In this document: positions 16,041-24,323 of the stretch, in pieces | Layout of the letters: every line of letters starts with the position of its first letter | Numbering within the stretch: position 1 is the stretch's first letter | Assembly: GCA_041665325.1 (NCBI GenBank) | Contig: JBAYJB010000003.1 | Location: 1,502 to 65,501, forward strand | Length of the DNA: 64,000 nucleotides | DNA from: Minisyncoccota bacterium | Lineage (GTDB): Bacteria; Patescibacteriota; Minisyncoccia; Phycocordibacterales; PALSA-1337 | Direction: 5' to 3' | Notes under the pieces: model-generated | Databases searched by the model: none | The model's input: only the letters and a program-made list of their open reading frames with translations | What the model was told of the DNA's origin: nothing | Translations under genes and position numbers: made by a program

Positions 16041-18224
16041 TTATTTCTGGATCTCCTTGATGGACGCATCTATCTGATCCTTGTATTCCGGATGATCCTT
16101 GGCGATCTGTCGGAGCGTAGCCACGGCCGCCGAGAGCTGTCCGGCGGTATATTGGGCTTGGGCCAGCTGGATAGCGGCGCCGGCATTCTTGGGGTCGATC
16201 TTCAGGAGGGCTTGGTATATGTCCAAGGCCTTGGAATAGTCCTTGACTGCCATGTAAGCCTGGGCGACCTGCGGCGACTGGAAGATCCCCGTATCGTCCG
16301 CAAACATCTGACGGGCCGCGGCGTCTTTGCCAGCGATGATGAGAGCCACAACATAAGTACTCTTGACCGACACATTATCCGGTGCCGCGTCATATGCAGC
16401 CTTCAGGATATCGACGGCCTCGGCGGCTTTGCCGGAGTTGATGAGACTGATGCCCAACTGGAGACTGATCGACTGTTTGGCTGGCGAGAGCTCATGCGCC
16501 GTCTGTAGCAGAGCGACCGCAGCTGCCGATTGGTTGACGACATTCAGGAATGATCCGCCGAGAGTGTAGATGCGGGCGTCCTTCATGGGCGTAGCGGCGA
16601 TCTGATCCGTGATGGCTTTGTTCGCCAGATCGTAGAAAGCCTGCTTGGTAGGACCGGGGACCTGTTGGTTGCCGATGACGCCGCTCGCGCAAGACAAGAG
16701 CTGTTCACGGATCTCCTGATTGGCTGTGTAGACGTCGATGGCTAGAACCTTCTCGAAAAGAGCGACATCCGGCTGTGAGCCGCAAGCTTGGAGCGCCCTG
16801 ATGAGACCGGTGTTGGCCTTGATCACCCGGACATTGAGGAAATAGATGCCGAAGATAAGGACGATGATGATGACAGGTAGGGCGACATATTCGACAGCTT
16901 CGACGGGCATCGGCTTGTCACCGATCATCTTGATCGGACGGCCTGGGCGCAGAGAGTCAGCGAACCCGAGCGCCGTGAAGAACAGGACGTAACTAGCCAG
17001 GTTGTCGAAGACGAAGATGTTGTGGACGGCATAGCCGGCCAAGAGGCCAGTGAGGATGCTCTTCTCCCCGACAGTGAGTGAGGATCTCCAGATCGAGAAA
17101 AGGAATAGGATATATAGAGACAGGTAGGCGAGCAATCCGACGATACCCGAAGCGGTCAGCCAATCGAGGAAGACACTGTGGGCGCGGTCGAACCATTGCT
17201 CCTGATTCCACATCTTTGGTTCATAATTGGCGTTGAAGATGTAGTTGAAATTCTCCTGACCCCAGCCCAAGATCGGACGCTCGGCAAAGCCCTTCACGGC
17301 CATCGGCCAGATATAGCCGCGGGCTTGAGTCTTGTTCTCTTCCCAGGAGATCGAGGCCATGCGCTGTAAGGTCTCGTTATTCTGGATGAACGGCTGATGA
17401 CGATTGGCCCAGAATACCAAGCTGACCAAGACGATGAGAGCGACGCCGCCTAGAGCCACACCGCGCGACTTCCTGGACTCCTTCTTGCCAAAGACGACAT
17501 ACAGGAGAAGGGCCAAGACAGCGCCGCCTACGAGACCGAGGATCGTGCCGCGGGTAGAAGTCTCGAAGACTTCAAAGGCGAACAGAAGCGCGAGGATCAG
17601 GTATGCCCAGCGCAAAAAAGAGGCATTATTGATCTGCCGAGCTTTGGCCACGAGGAACATGTAAGCGGCCAAGCCGGCATTCCAGAGCATGTATACGGCC
17701 ATGTATGCGGCGTTGCCGAGAGAGGCATCGATACGAGAAGACCCTTGGTGGATGGCTGCCCAACCAAAGAACTGGAAGAGACCGTAGATGCCGACGATGA
17801 GGGCGATGAAGAGCTCGACATTCAAGAATCGATGCCACATCCGCTTCCCCTCTTCGCCGGAACCGAAGATATTGGTAGTGACGAGGAAGAAGGCGCCGAG
17901 GTGAGCGATAGTGAGCCATCCCTCCATACGCTCGAAGTTGGACCAGATGCTACGAAGCGGGTTGACGCCCAGGAGATCGGCGGCCAAAGTGACTAGAGTG
18001 AAGATGCCGATGCCGATCGTGAGCGGCGTCCACTTGGGCCGATACTTGGCGTCGAGGAAAGCTAGGATGAGCCAGGCGGCCAGAGCGACCTCTACGAGGA
18101 TCCTGAAATAGAAAGCCTTGCCGGTGATGAACGGGAAGAAAAAAGGATTAGCGATGATGAGGGGGAAAACTGGGACAAGGAAGATAGCGGCTAGGGCGAG
18201 GAAGCGAGCGGTTTTTTTGATCAT
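16041..18224 (-). CDS. O-antigen ligase/polymerase-family (Wzy_C-like) polytopic membrane protein with a C-terminal TPR-repeat domain.
   Basis: ~12 predicted TM helices with a large periplasmic loop (…RGTILGLVGGAVLALLLY…) typical of the WaaL/Wzy family. The C-terminal ~300 aa form Ala-rich TPR-like repeats. Start placed at MIKKTARF, Met29 of the listed ORF (the listed ORF begins at TTG). Confidence 0.7.
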   Translation of the reverse strand: MIKKTARFLALAAIFLVPVFPLIIANPFFFPFITGKAFYFRILVEVALAAWLILAFLDAKYRPKWTPLTIGIGIFTLVTLAADLLGVNPLRSIWSNFERMEGWLTIAHLGAFFLVTTNIFGSGEEGKRMWHRFLNVELFIALIVGIYGLFQFFGWAAIHQGSSRIDASLGNAAYMAVYMLWNAGLAAYMFLVAKARQINNASFLRWAYLILALLFAFEVFETSTRGTILGLVGGAVLALLLYVVFGKKESRKSRGVALGGVALIVLVSLVFWANRHQPFIQNNETLQRMASISWEENKTQARGYIWPMAVKGFAERPILGWGQENFNYIFNANYEPKMWNQEQWFDRAHSVFLDWLTASGIVGLLAYLSLYILFLFSIWRSSLTVGEKSILTGLLAGYAVHNIFVFDNLASYVLFFTALGFADSLRPGRPIKMIGDKPMPVEAVEYVALPVIIIVLIFGIYFLNVRVIKANTGLIRALQACGSQPDVALFEKVLAIDVYTANQEIREQLLSCASGVIGNQQVPGPTKQAFYDLANKAITDQIAATPMKDARIYTLGGSFLNVVNQSAAAVALLQTAHELSPAKQSISLQLGISLINSGKAAEAVDILKAAYDAAPDNVSVKSTYVVALIIAGKDAAARQMFADDTGIFQSPQVAQAYMAVKDYSKALDIYQALLKIDPKNAGAAIQLAQAQYTAGQLSAAVATLRQIAKDHPEYKDQIDASIKEIQK

Positions 18225-18301
18225 GGTGGTAAGGGTACTATAACATGGCCTATTTGCAAAGTTTAATTGAAAAAACAGGCCCAAAATGCTAGCATGGCCC
18301 C

Positions 18302-19126
18302 ATGTCAACGGCCGTCACCGTCATCCGCCCCAAGCGGTTATTCCACCTCGCCGACCTCAAGGAACTCTGGAATTACCGGGAGCTTTTGTATTTCTTCAGC
18401 TGGCGGGACCTCAAGGTACGCTACAAGCAGACAGCGATCGGCGTCCTCTGGTCGGTCCTACAGCCCTTCATCACTATGGTGGTGTTCTCGTTCTTCTTCG
18501 GCAAGCTCGTCCAGGTGCCGTCTGACGGAGTGCCCTATCCGATCTTCGTGTACACCGGCCTCCTATTCTGGCAATTCTTTTCCGACTCCTTGAATGAGAC
18601 CAGCAACTGTCTCCTGGCCAACAAAGCCATCGTCACCAAGATATACTTCCCGCGACTGATCCTGCCGATCTCTTCTGTACTGACCAAGCTCGTGGACTTC
18701 GCGATCGCCGCGGTCATCATGATCGGTCTCATGTTCTACTATGGATATGTGCCAAGTTGGGGCGGCCTACTCATGCTGCCGCTCTTACTCGTCCTGACAT
18801 TCATGGCCGCGGTCGGGCTCGGCCTCGTCCTGGCTTCGATCAACGTCAAATATCGCGATGTGCGCTACGCCCTGCCCTTCTTCATCCAGATACTACTCTT
18901 CGTCACGCCGGTCATATATCCGGCATCGCTCGCCGGAAGCTATTCGAAGTTTCTGGCCTTGAACCCGATGATGGGCGTGATCCAGAGCGCCCGCGCGGCT
19001 CTCCTCGGCACTACACCGATCAACTGGACGCTCATCCTGACTTCGGCGATCGGCGGACTCATCCTGCTAGGCATCGGCTTGGTCTACTTCAAGAAAACAG
19101 AGAGGTACTTCGCAGATATCATATAG
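18302..19126 (+). CDS. wzm: ABC-2 type polysaccharide export permease (Wzm/TagG/KpsM family).
   Basis: LWNYRELLYFFSWRDLKVRYKQTAIGVLWSVLQPF is the ABC-2 permease signature. Six TM segments, 274 aa. Confidence 0.85.
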   Translation: MSTAVTVIRPKRLFHLADLKELWNYRELLYFFSWRDLKVRYKQTAIGVLWSVLQPFITMVVFSFFFGKLVQVPSDGVPYPIFVYTGLLFWQFFSDSLNETSNCLLANKAIVTKIYFPRLILPISSVLTKLVDFAIAAVIMIGLMFYYGYVPSWGGLLMLPLLLVLTFMAAVGLGLVLASINVKYRDVRYALPFFIQILLFVTPVIYPASLAGSYSKFLALNPMMGVIQSARAALLGTTPINWTLILTSAIGGLILLGIGLVYFKKTERYFADII

Positions 19127-19164
19127 ACATTATAAACTCACACTGGCGGCAGCAATCTAACATC

Positions 19165-19722
19165 ATGAAGCAGAAAGATAACGGTATGCTAGTGTGGATA
19201 ACGGGATTACCTGGTTCCGGCAAGACAACGCTAGCAAACGCTGTATACAAAAAAATAGGTCTTGTTATCCCAGCCATACATATCGACGGCGATCACTTCC
19301 GGGCGATCATGGGTAATGATCTGGGACACAGCATGAAAGACCGTTTAGAAAACGCCTATCGAATAACACGCCTCAACAAACACCTGACTGATCAAGGTAT
19401 CACGGTCATCTGTTCGACAGTCTCGTTGTTCAGGGAAATACACAGATGGAATAGAAAAAATCACAAAAAACTGATGGAAATATATATCGATACTCCCATG
19501 GATATCCTAATGAGGAGAGACCAAAAAGGGATGTATACCGGTGCAGCAAAGAAACAAGTCAAGAATGTACGTGGCTTCGACCAGGGTTTCGATATGCCGC
19601 AAAAACCCGATATGATCATAAGGAATACGGGCAGTCTAAAGAACTTCTTGCTCCATACTGAGAAGATTGTCAGAACTATAAAAAGAAGGAATATATCTCA
19701 TGAAAAAAAGACCAGAAAATAA
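19165..19722 (+). CDS. Adenylylsulfate-kinase-fold enzyme, CysC-like. In context it is most likely a Cj1415-type cytidine-diphosphoramidate 3'-kinase.
   Basis: P-loop LVWITGLPGSGKTTLA and APS-kinase core (HIDGDHFR...LGHS..DR.EN..R...L..GI.VI.S..S..R..R.......EIYIDTP). 186 aa. Its end overlaps the next gene by 23 nt. Confidence 0.8.
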   Translation: MKQKDNGMLVWITGLPGSGKTTLANAVYKKIGLVIPAIHIDGDHFRAIMGNDLGHSMKDRLENAYRITRLNKHLTDQGITVICSTVSLFREIHRWNRKNHKKLMEIYIDTPMDILMRRDQKGMYTGAAKKQVKNVRGFDQGFDMPQKPDMIIRNTGSLKNFLLHTEKIVRTIKRRNISHEKKTRK

Positions 19723-22069
19723 AATCTTTGGCACCAAGGCAGAAACCCTAGAGCGGCTTCATGGCCACTTGAAGAAGTCGGTGGTAGACAAACTGGTGCT
19801 CTTTTCGGTCGAGGACTGGCCGAAAGAAAAATCTGCGATCGTAACCAAGATCATCTCGACATTCCCGAAGAAGCTCCTGATCGTCAGGAGCAGCGCTTTT
19901 GCTGAGGACTCCACTAAGCAGTCGAATGCCGGTCACTTCGCTTCGCTTGGCAACGTGAAGTGCTCCGCTCCGAAGATCGAGAAGGCCGTGGAGGAGGTGA
20001 TCAGCAGATATGACGGAGATATCCGCAACCAGGCCTTCGTCCAAGAACATATCACCGACGTAGACCTAAGCGGCGTCGTCTTCACCAGAGACGTCAACAA
20101 TCTCGCCCCTTACATGACGATAAACTACGACGACTCTAGCGGTCGTACCGATACGATCACTTCCGGTCAGAGCACCGCTCATAAGACGCTCGTCATCTAT
20201 CGGGAGAAGAGGCCTATGCTGACGGACCAGAGGCTCATGAAAGTATATGCGGCAGTGGAGGAACTCGAGAAAGTACTGAAGAGCGATAGGCTCGATATCG
20301 AATTTCTCTACAAGAAGGGAGTGGTGCATATCTTGCAGGCTCGACCTCTCACCGCCAAGACCAAAGAAGCACCCAGCCTCGACAGCGTCTCCGAGATCGT
20401 GCGAGGCATCAGCGACTACATGCGTGAATCTAACGCACCGCATCCGGACCTCTACGGCGACGATACATTCTACGGGATTATGCCTGACTGGAATCCGGCC
20501 GAGATGATCGGCATCAAACCGAGACCACTGGCCTTGTCGCTCTATCGAGAGCTCATCACTGACAGCATCTGGGCGTTCCAGCGCGACAACTACGGCTACA
20601 AGAGGCTGCGCAGCTTCCCTCTCCTGGTGTCGCTCGCGGGGCATCCCTATATCGACCTGCGCGTCGACTTCAACTCGTTCATACCCAAGGCCCTCGATGA
20701 CGATCTGTCTCATCGGCTGGTGAATTTCTATCTCGACAAATTGCGTTCCGTGCCGGCGAGCCACGACAAGATCGAATTCGACATCGTCTATTCCTGCTAC
20801 ACGCTCGATCTGGACGCTCGTCTCATGGAGCTCAAGAGACACGGCTTTTCTGCCAAGGACCGGCAAGCGATCAAAGATTCACTGCTCGAACTGACCAATA
20901 AGATCATCCGTCCCGACGGACTATATAAGGAAGACCTCAAGAAGATAACCACTCTCAAGAAGAGGCTCAAGCCCCTACTCGAATCGAGGCTCACTGAAGC
21001 CAAGAAGATCTACTGGCTTATCGAAGACTGCAAGCGCTACGGCACCCTGCCTTTTGCCGGCATCGCCAGGGCGGCCTTCATCGCCATCCAGCTTTTGGAC
21101 TCTATAGTCAGCCTCGGCATCATCTCCATCGAGGAGAAAAATCTCTTCCTCAGCACTATGAATACAGTAGCCAGACACCTGTCAGAAGATATGGACAAGC
21201 TCAATAGAGGGAAGCTCCCGATCAAGGCCTTCCTCAAAAAATACGGGCATCTCCGTCCGGGGACCTACGACATCCTGTCTGAGAGCTACGAGGAGAATTT
21301 CCACAAATACTTCGACCGCGGCACCAGAGCCGCGGAACCGAGCGCGGACCACCCCAAGAAACTAACGCTCTCTTCCATACAGATGAAGAAGATTGACCGT
21401 CTGCTCAAGAAGCATGGTTTGGCAGTCGATGCCGATGAGTTTTTCCTCTTCATGAAGGAAGCCATCGAGGGACGCGAGTATGCCAAGTTCGTATTCACGC
21501 GAAATATCCATGAGATCCTCAAATCGATCAAGGCTTATGGGACGAGAATCAGTGCTACGCCGGAAGATATGTCGTACGTCGAGATCGGGGCGCTTATGAA
21601 GATGCATTCGGCGGTAATTTTGCCGATTGAAGAGAGGAAGCTCCTCGAGGATATCAAAGCCAACCGAGCTAGGCACAAGCTCAACCGCTTCGTAAAGCTG
21701 CCCCAGCTCATAACACAGCCGGAAGACCTCTATCATTTCTACATGGATAGCATCGAACCGAACTATGTGACCAGCGAGTCGGCCATCGGAAACGTCGCCA
21801 CCATCATCCGCAACACGAGCACCAAAAACATCAAGGGCAAGATCGTGTGTATCGAGAATGCCGATCCAGGCTTCGACTGGATCTTCTCGCATAAGATCAA
21901 AGGCCTGATCACCGCCTACGGCGGCGCCAATTCCCACATGGCTATCCGCGCCGCCGAACTGAACATCCCCGCCGTTATCGGTTGTGGTCCGGCGCTCTTC
22001 GATAAATGGAGCAACGCGAAGAAGATGAAGATCGACTGTCTCAATAAGAAATCCGATGTCCTCTCCTAA
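19700..22069 (+). CDS. PEP-utilizing dikinase-family enzyme (PPDK_N ATP-grasp plus C-terminal phosphohistidine swivel domain). Candidate Cj1418-type L-glutamine kinase.
   Basis: 789 aa. The C-terminal mobile-domain motif IVCIENADPGFDWIFSHKIKGLITAYGGANSHMAIRAAELNIPAVIGCG has the conserved His. There is no TIM-barrel PEP-binding domain, as in rifampin phosphotransferase, glucan-water dikinase and Cj1418. Confidence 0.75.
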   Translation: MKKRPENKIFGTKAETLERLHGHLKKSVVDKLVLFSVEDWPKEKSAIVTKIISTFPKKLLIVRSSAFAEDSTKQSNAGHFASLGNVKCSAPKIEKAVEEVISRYDGDIRNQAFVQEHITDVDLSGVVFTRDVNNLAPYMTINYDDSSGRTDTITSGQSTAHKTLVIYREKRPMLTDQRLMKVYAAVEELEKVLKSDRLDIEFLYKKGVVHILQARPLTAKTKEAPSLDSVSEIVRGISDYMRESNAPHPDLYGDDTFYGIMPDWNPAEMIGIKPRPLALSLYRELITDSIWAFQRDNYGYKRLRSFPLLVSLAGHPYIDLRVDFNSFIPKALDDDLSHRLVNFYLDKLRSVPASHDKIEFDIVYSCYTLDLDARLMELKRHGFSAKDRQAIKDSLLELTNKIIRPDGLYKEDLKKITTLKKRLKPLLESRLTEAKKIYWLIEDCKRYGTLPFAGIARAAFIAIQLLDSIVSLGIISIEEKNLFLSTMNTVARHLSEDMDKLNRGKLPIKAFLKKYGHLRPGTYDILSESYEENFHKYFDRGTRAAEPSADHPKKLTLSSIQMKKIDRLLKKHGLAVDADEFFLFMKEAIEGREYAKFVFTRNIHEILKSIKAYGTRISATPEDMSYVEIGALMKMHSAVILPIEERKLLEDIKANRARHKLNRFVKLPQLITQPEDLYHFYMDSIEPNYVTSESAIGNVATIIRNTSTKNIKGKIVCIENADPGFDWIFSHKIKGLITAYGGANSHMAIRAAELNIPAVIGCGPALFDKWSNAKKMKIDCLNKKSDVLS

Positions 22070-22075
22070 TATATT

Positions 22076-22855
22076 ATGAAAGCTATCATCTTAGCGGCAG
22101 GCATGGGAAAGAGGCTCGGCAAGTATACGGCCAATCTGCCCAAGGGTATGCTCTCATTCCGAGGCGAGACTCTGATAGAGAGGCAGGTCAGAACGCTCCG
22201 CTCCTGCGGGATAAAAGATATCTCCATCGTGACCGGTTACGAGGCCAAGAAGATCACTATCCCGGACGTGAAGTATTATCACAACAAAAGATATGCAGAG
22301 ACGAATATGGTCGAGAGCTTGTTTTGTGCCGAGAAAGAACTAAAAGGAGATGTGCTCATCGCTTATTCAGATATCATTTATGAAGATCGAGTAATCAAAC
22401 AAATGATTGAGAGCCTGGCGGATATCGGAGTTGCTGCCGATGAGGATTATCAGGGATACTGGAAGGCTCGTCTCGACAATGAGACAGACGACTTGGAAAG
22501 TCTGGTTGTAGCAAGCGGCCAAATCATCGAGCTTGGCGTTCCCTGCGGCCCGGATAAGGCCGCACTGCGCTACGTCGGCCTGATCAAGTTGTCTTCCAAG
22601 GGAGTAGCAAATATTAAGGAAGTCTATACGGAGAATAGAAAACGCTTCTTTGATTCGAGCGCTCCCTGGTTGGGATCTAAGTCTTTCAAACAGGGCTATA
22701 TGACGAGCCTGCTTCAAGCTACCATTAACGCAGGTCATGAAGTGAAGCCAGTCGTGATTCGCCGGGGTTGGATGGAATTCGACACTGAAAATGATTATGA
22801 GAGAGCCGAGGTTTGGGCCAATAAAGGCAGCTTGGGGAGATTCATAAAATTATGA
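22076..22855 (+). CDS. Nucleotidyltransferase (LicC/Cj1416-like cytidylyltransferase family).
   Basis: N-terminal MKAIILAAGMGKRLG (GxGxR) nucleotidyltransferase motif. 259 aa. Confidence 0.75.
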   Translation: MKAIILAAGMGKRLGKYTANLPKGMLSFRGETLIERQVRTLRSCGIKDISIVTGYEAKKITIPDVKYYHNKRYAETNMVESLFCAEKELKGDVLIAYSDIIYEDRVIKQMIESLADIGVAADEDYQGYWKARLDNETDDLESLVVASGQIIELGVPCGPDKAALRYVGLIKLSSKGVANIKEVYTENRKRFFDSSAPWLGSKSFKQGYMTSLLQATINAGHEVKPVVIRRGWMEFDTENDYERAEVWANKGSLGRFIKL

Positions 22856-23541
22856 AAAAGAATCAGATCGTTGGCATCACACAAAGAGTCACCGTCAACA
22901 AAAATGGCGTCAGGTGTGACACATTGGAACAGAACTACAGTACCTACTTCTCCGCTCTCGGAGTCACTCTCATACCGATACCGAACGACCTCACGAGTGT
23001 CTCCAGCTTCATCGAGTCGACACATATGAGCAAGCTTATCTTCTCCGGCGGCGGAGATATCGATCCTGATCTTTATGGCGGCAAAAGAAAAGATCCGGCC
23101 TCGTATACTGCCGATAGAGAACGAACCGAGAAAGAGCTATTCGCTTATGCGCAGAAGTCCGATATGCCCGTCCTAGGCATCTGCCGCGGCGCGCAGATGA
23201 TCAATGTGCTCTCCGGAGGAAAGCTCCTAGACCTTCGGGAGACATATGGACCGGTTCACGGGCATGTTAAAACATTCCACGACGTCGAGATAGTAGCTGG
23301 CCTCATAACCGGACTGCCAAAGGGGCCAGCGAAGGTCAACTCCTATCATGACTTTGGTTTCACCAAAAAGGAGCTAGGCCAAGGACTGGTGGCTTTCGCC
23401 AAGGCCAAGGACGGCATTGTCGAAGGCATCGGGAATATAGATAAAAAGATATATGGTATATTATGGCATCCAGAACGCGACGGCATAGACCGAGAAGAGT
23501 TGACCAAGAAGATTATCGAAGCTTTTTTATCCGATACATAA
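22852..23541 (+). CDS. Class I glutamine-amidotransferase-like / peptidase C26 hydrolase (Cj1417-like gamma-glutamyl hydrolase candidate).
   Basis: Catalytic triad motifs PVLGICRGAQMIN and ILWHPERDG. 229 aa. ATGA start/stop overlap with the upstream gene. Confidence 0.75.
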   Translation: MKKNQIVGITQRVTVNKNGVRCDTLEQNYSTYFSALGVTLIPIPNDLTSVSSFIESTHMSKLIFSGGGDIDPDLYGGKRKDPASYTADRERTEKELFAYAQKSDMPVLGICRGAQMINVLSGGKLLDLRETYGPVHGHVKTFHDVEIVAGLITGLPKGPAKVNSYHDFGFTKKELGQGLVAFAKAKDGIVEGIGNIDKKIYGILWHPERDGIDREELTKKIIEAFLSDT

Positions 23542-23551
23542 ATACATCTAT

Positions 23552-24313
23552 ATGAAACAAGGCGACTTTACAACTCTGGCGAAGAACTACATCCACCGCG
23601 CCGGATATTCGCCACTTGTGCTCGAGACTATATATAAGTATGCCGGATTTACTAAAGACACCCTGATCGCCGACGTGGCGGCCGGCACCGGCAAACTTAC
23701 AGAGAACCTCTTGGCCTACCCGAGTAGAAAGCTATTCTGTATCGAACCGAATGATGCCATGAGGGAGGAAGGCGGCAAATATATAAATGATAAAAGAGTC
23801 AGTTGGGCCAAGGGATCGGGCGAAAAGACCGGACTACCGACGGCTTCCATAGACTGGGTGACCGTGGGTTCGGCCTTCCACTGGATGGACTTGGTCGTGA
23901 CCCTGGGAGAATTCCATCGGATCCTCAAGCCCGGCGGCGTCTTCACAGCCATCTGGAATCCTCGCGATATCTCCGGTAGCGAACTACACAGTAAGATCGA
24001 GAAGAAGATCCATGATATGGCGCCTTTTATCGAGAGGAAGTCTTCCGGCTCCGGAAAATACACCGAAGACCTAGACGAGAAGATCGTCAGCACCTCCCAG
24101 TTCCGTGACATCATATATATGGAAGCCAAACATGAAGAAAAGATGAGCAAGGAAAGATATATGGGCATATGGGATTCCGTCAATGACATTCCCGCTCAGA
24201 CCGGACCGGAGCTCTGGGACAAGATCCTCGCCGAGATCAGAGCGATCATCGAGCCCTACGGTGAGATCATTGTGCCCTACAAGACCCGATCCTGGACTGC
24301 ACGAAAAGTGTAA
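23552..24313 (+). CDS. Class I SAM-dependent methyltransferase (Cj1419/Cj1420-like candidate).
   Basis: Motif I IADVAAGTGKLTENL, a motif II/III-like VTVGSAFHWMD, and LKPGGVF. Confidence 0.75.
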   Translation: MKQGDFTTLAKNYIHRAGYSPLVLETIYKYAGFTKDTLIADVAAGTGKLTENLLAYPSRKLFCIEPNDAMREEGGKYINDKRVSWAKGSGEKTGLPTASIDWVTVGSAFHWMDLVVTLGEFHRILKPGGVFTAIWNPRDISGSELHSKIEKKIHDMAPFIERKSSGSGKYTEDLDEKIVSTSQFRDIIYMEAKHEEKMSKERYMGIWDSVNDIPAQTGPELWDKILAEIRAIIEPYGEIIVPYKTRSWTARKV

Positions 24314-24323
24314 GGATAGCAAA

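Noticed and set aside
18757-19164. Long N-terminal extension of the ORF 18757..19722 overlapping the wzm 3' end.
   Set aside because: The extension is Arg/Pro-rich nonsense that overlaps wzm in another frame. The conserved kinase begins at the Met at 19165.
19165-19722. Interpreting the APS-kinase-like gene plus the sulfotransferase-fold gene as a sulfation pathway (PAPS synthesis plus sulfotransferase).
   Set aside because: There is no ATP sulfurylase in the window. The kinase is translationally coupled to a Cj1418-type dikinase, a cytidylyltransferase and a C26 hydrolase. That set matches the phosphoramidate pathway gene for gene. Sulfation cannot be fully excluded without searches or biochemistry.
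24183-24323. N-terminal extensions of the listed ORFs at 24183, 27712, 59120, 60993, 62374 (plus strand) and 43590, 46899, 57121, 58326 (minus strand).
   Set aside because: These arise from ORF extension to the nearest upstream stop. The extensions overlap the neighbouring genes, are low-complexity, and the conserved domains begin at internal Met codons that give tight or ATGA junctions.
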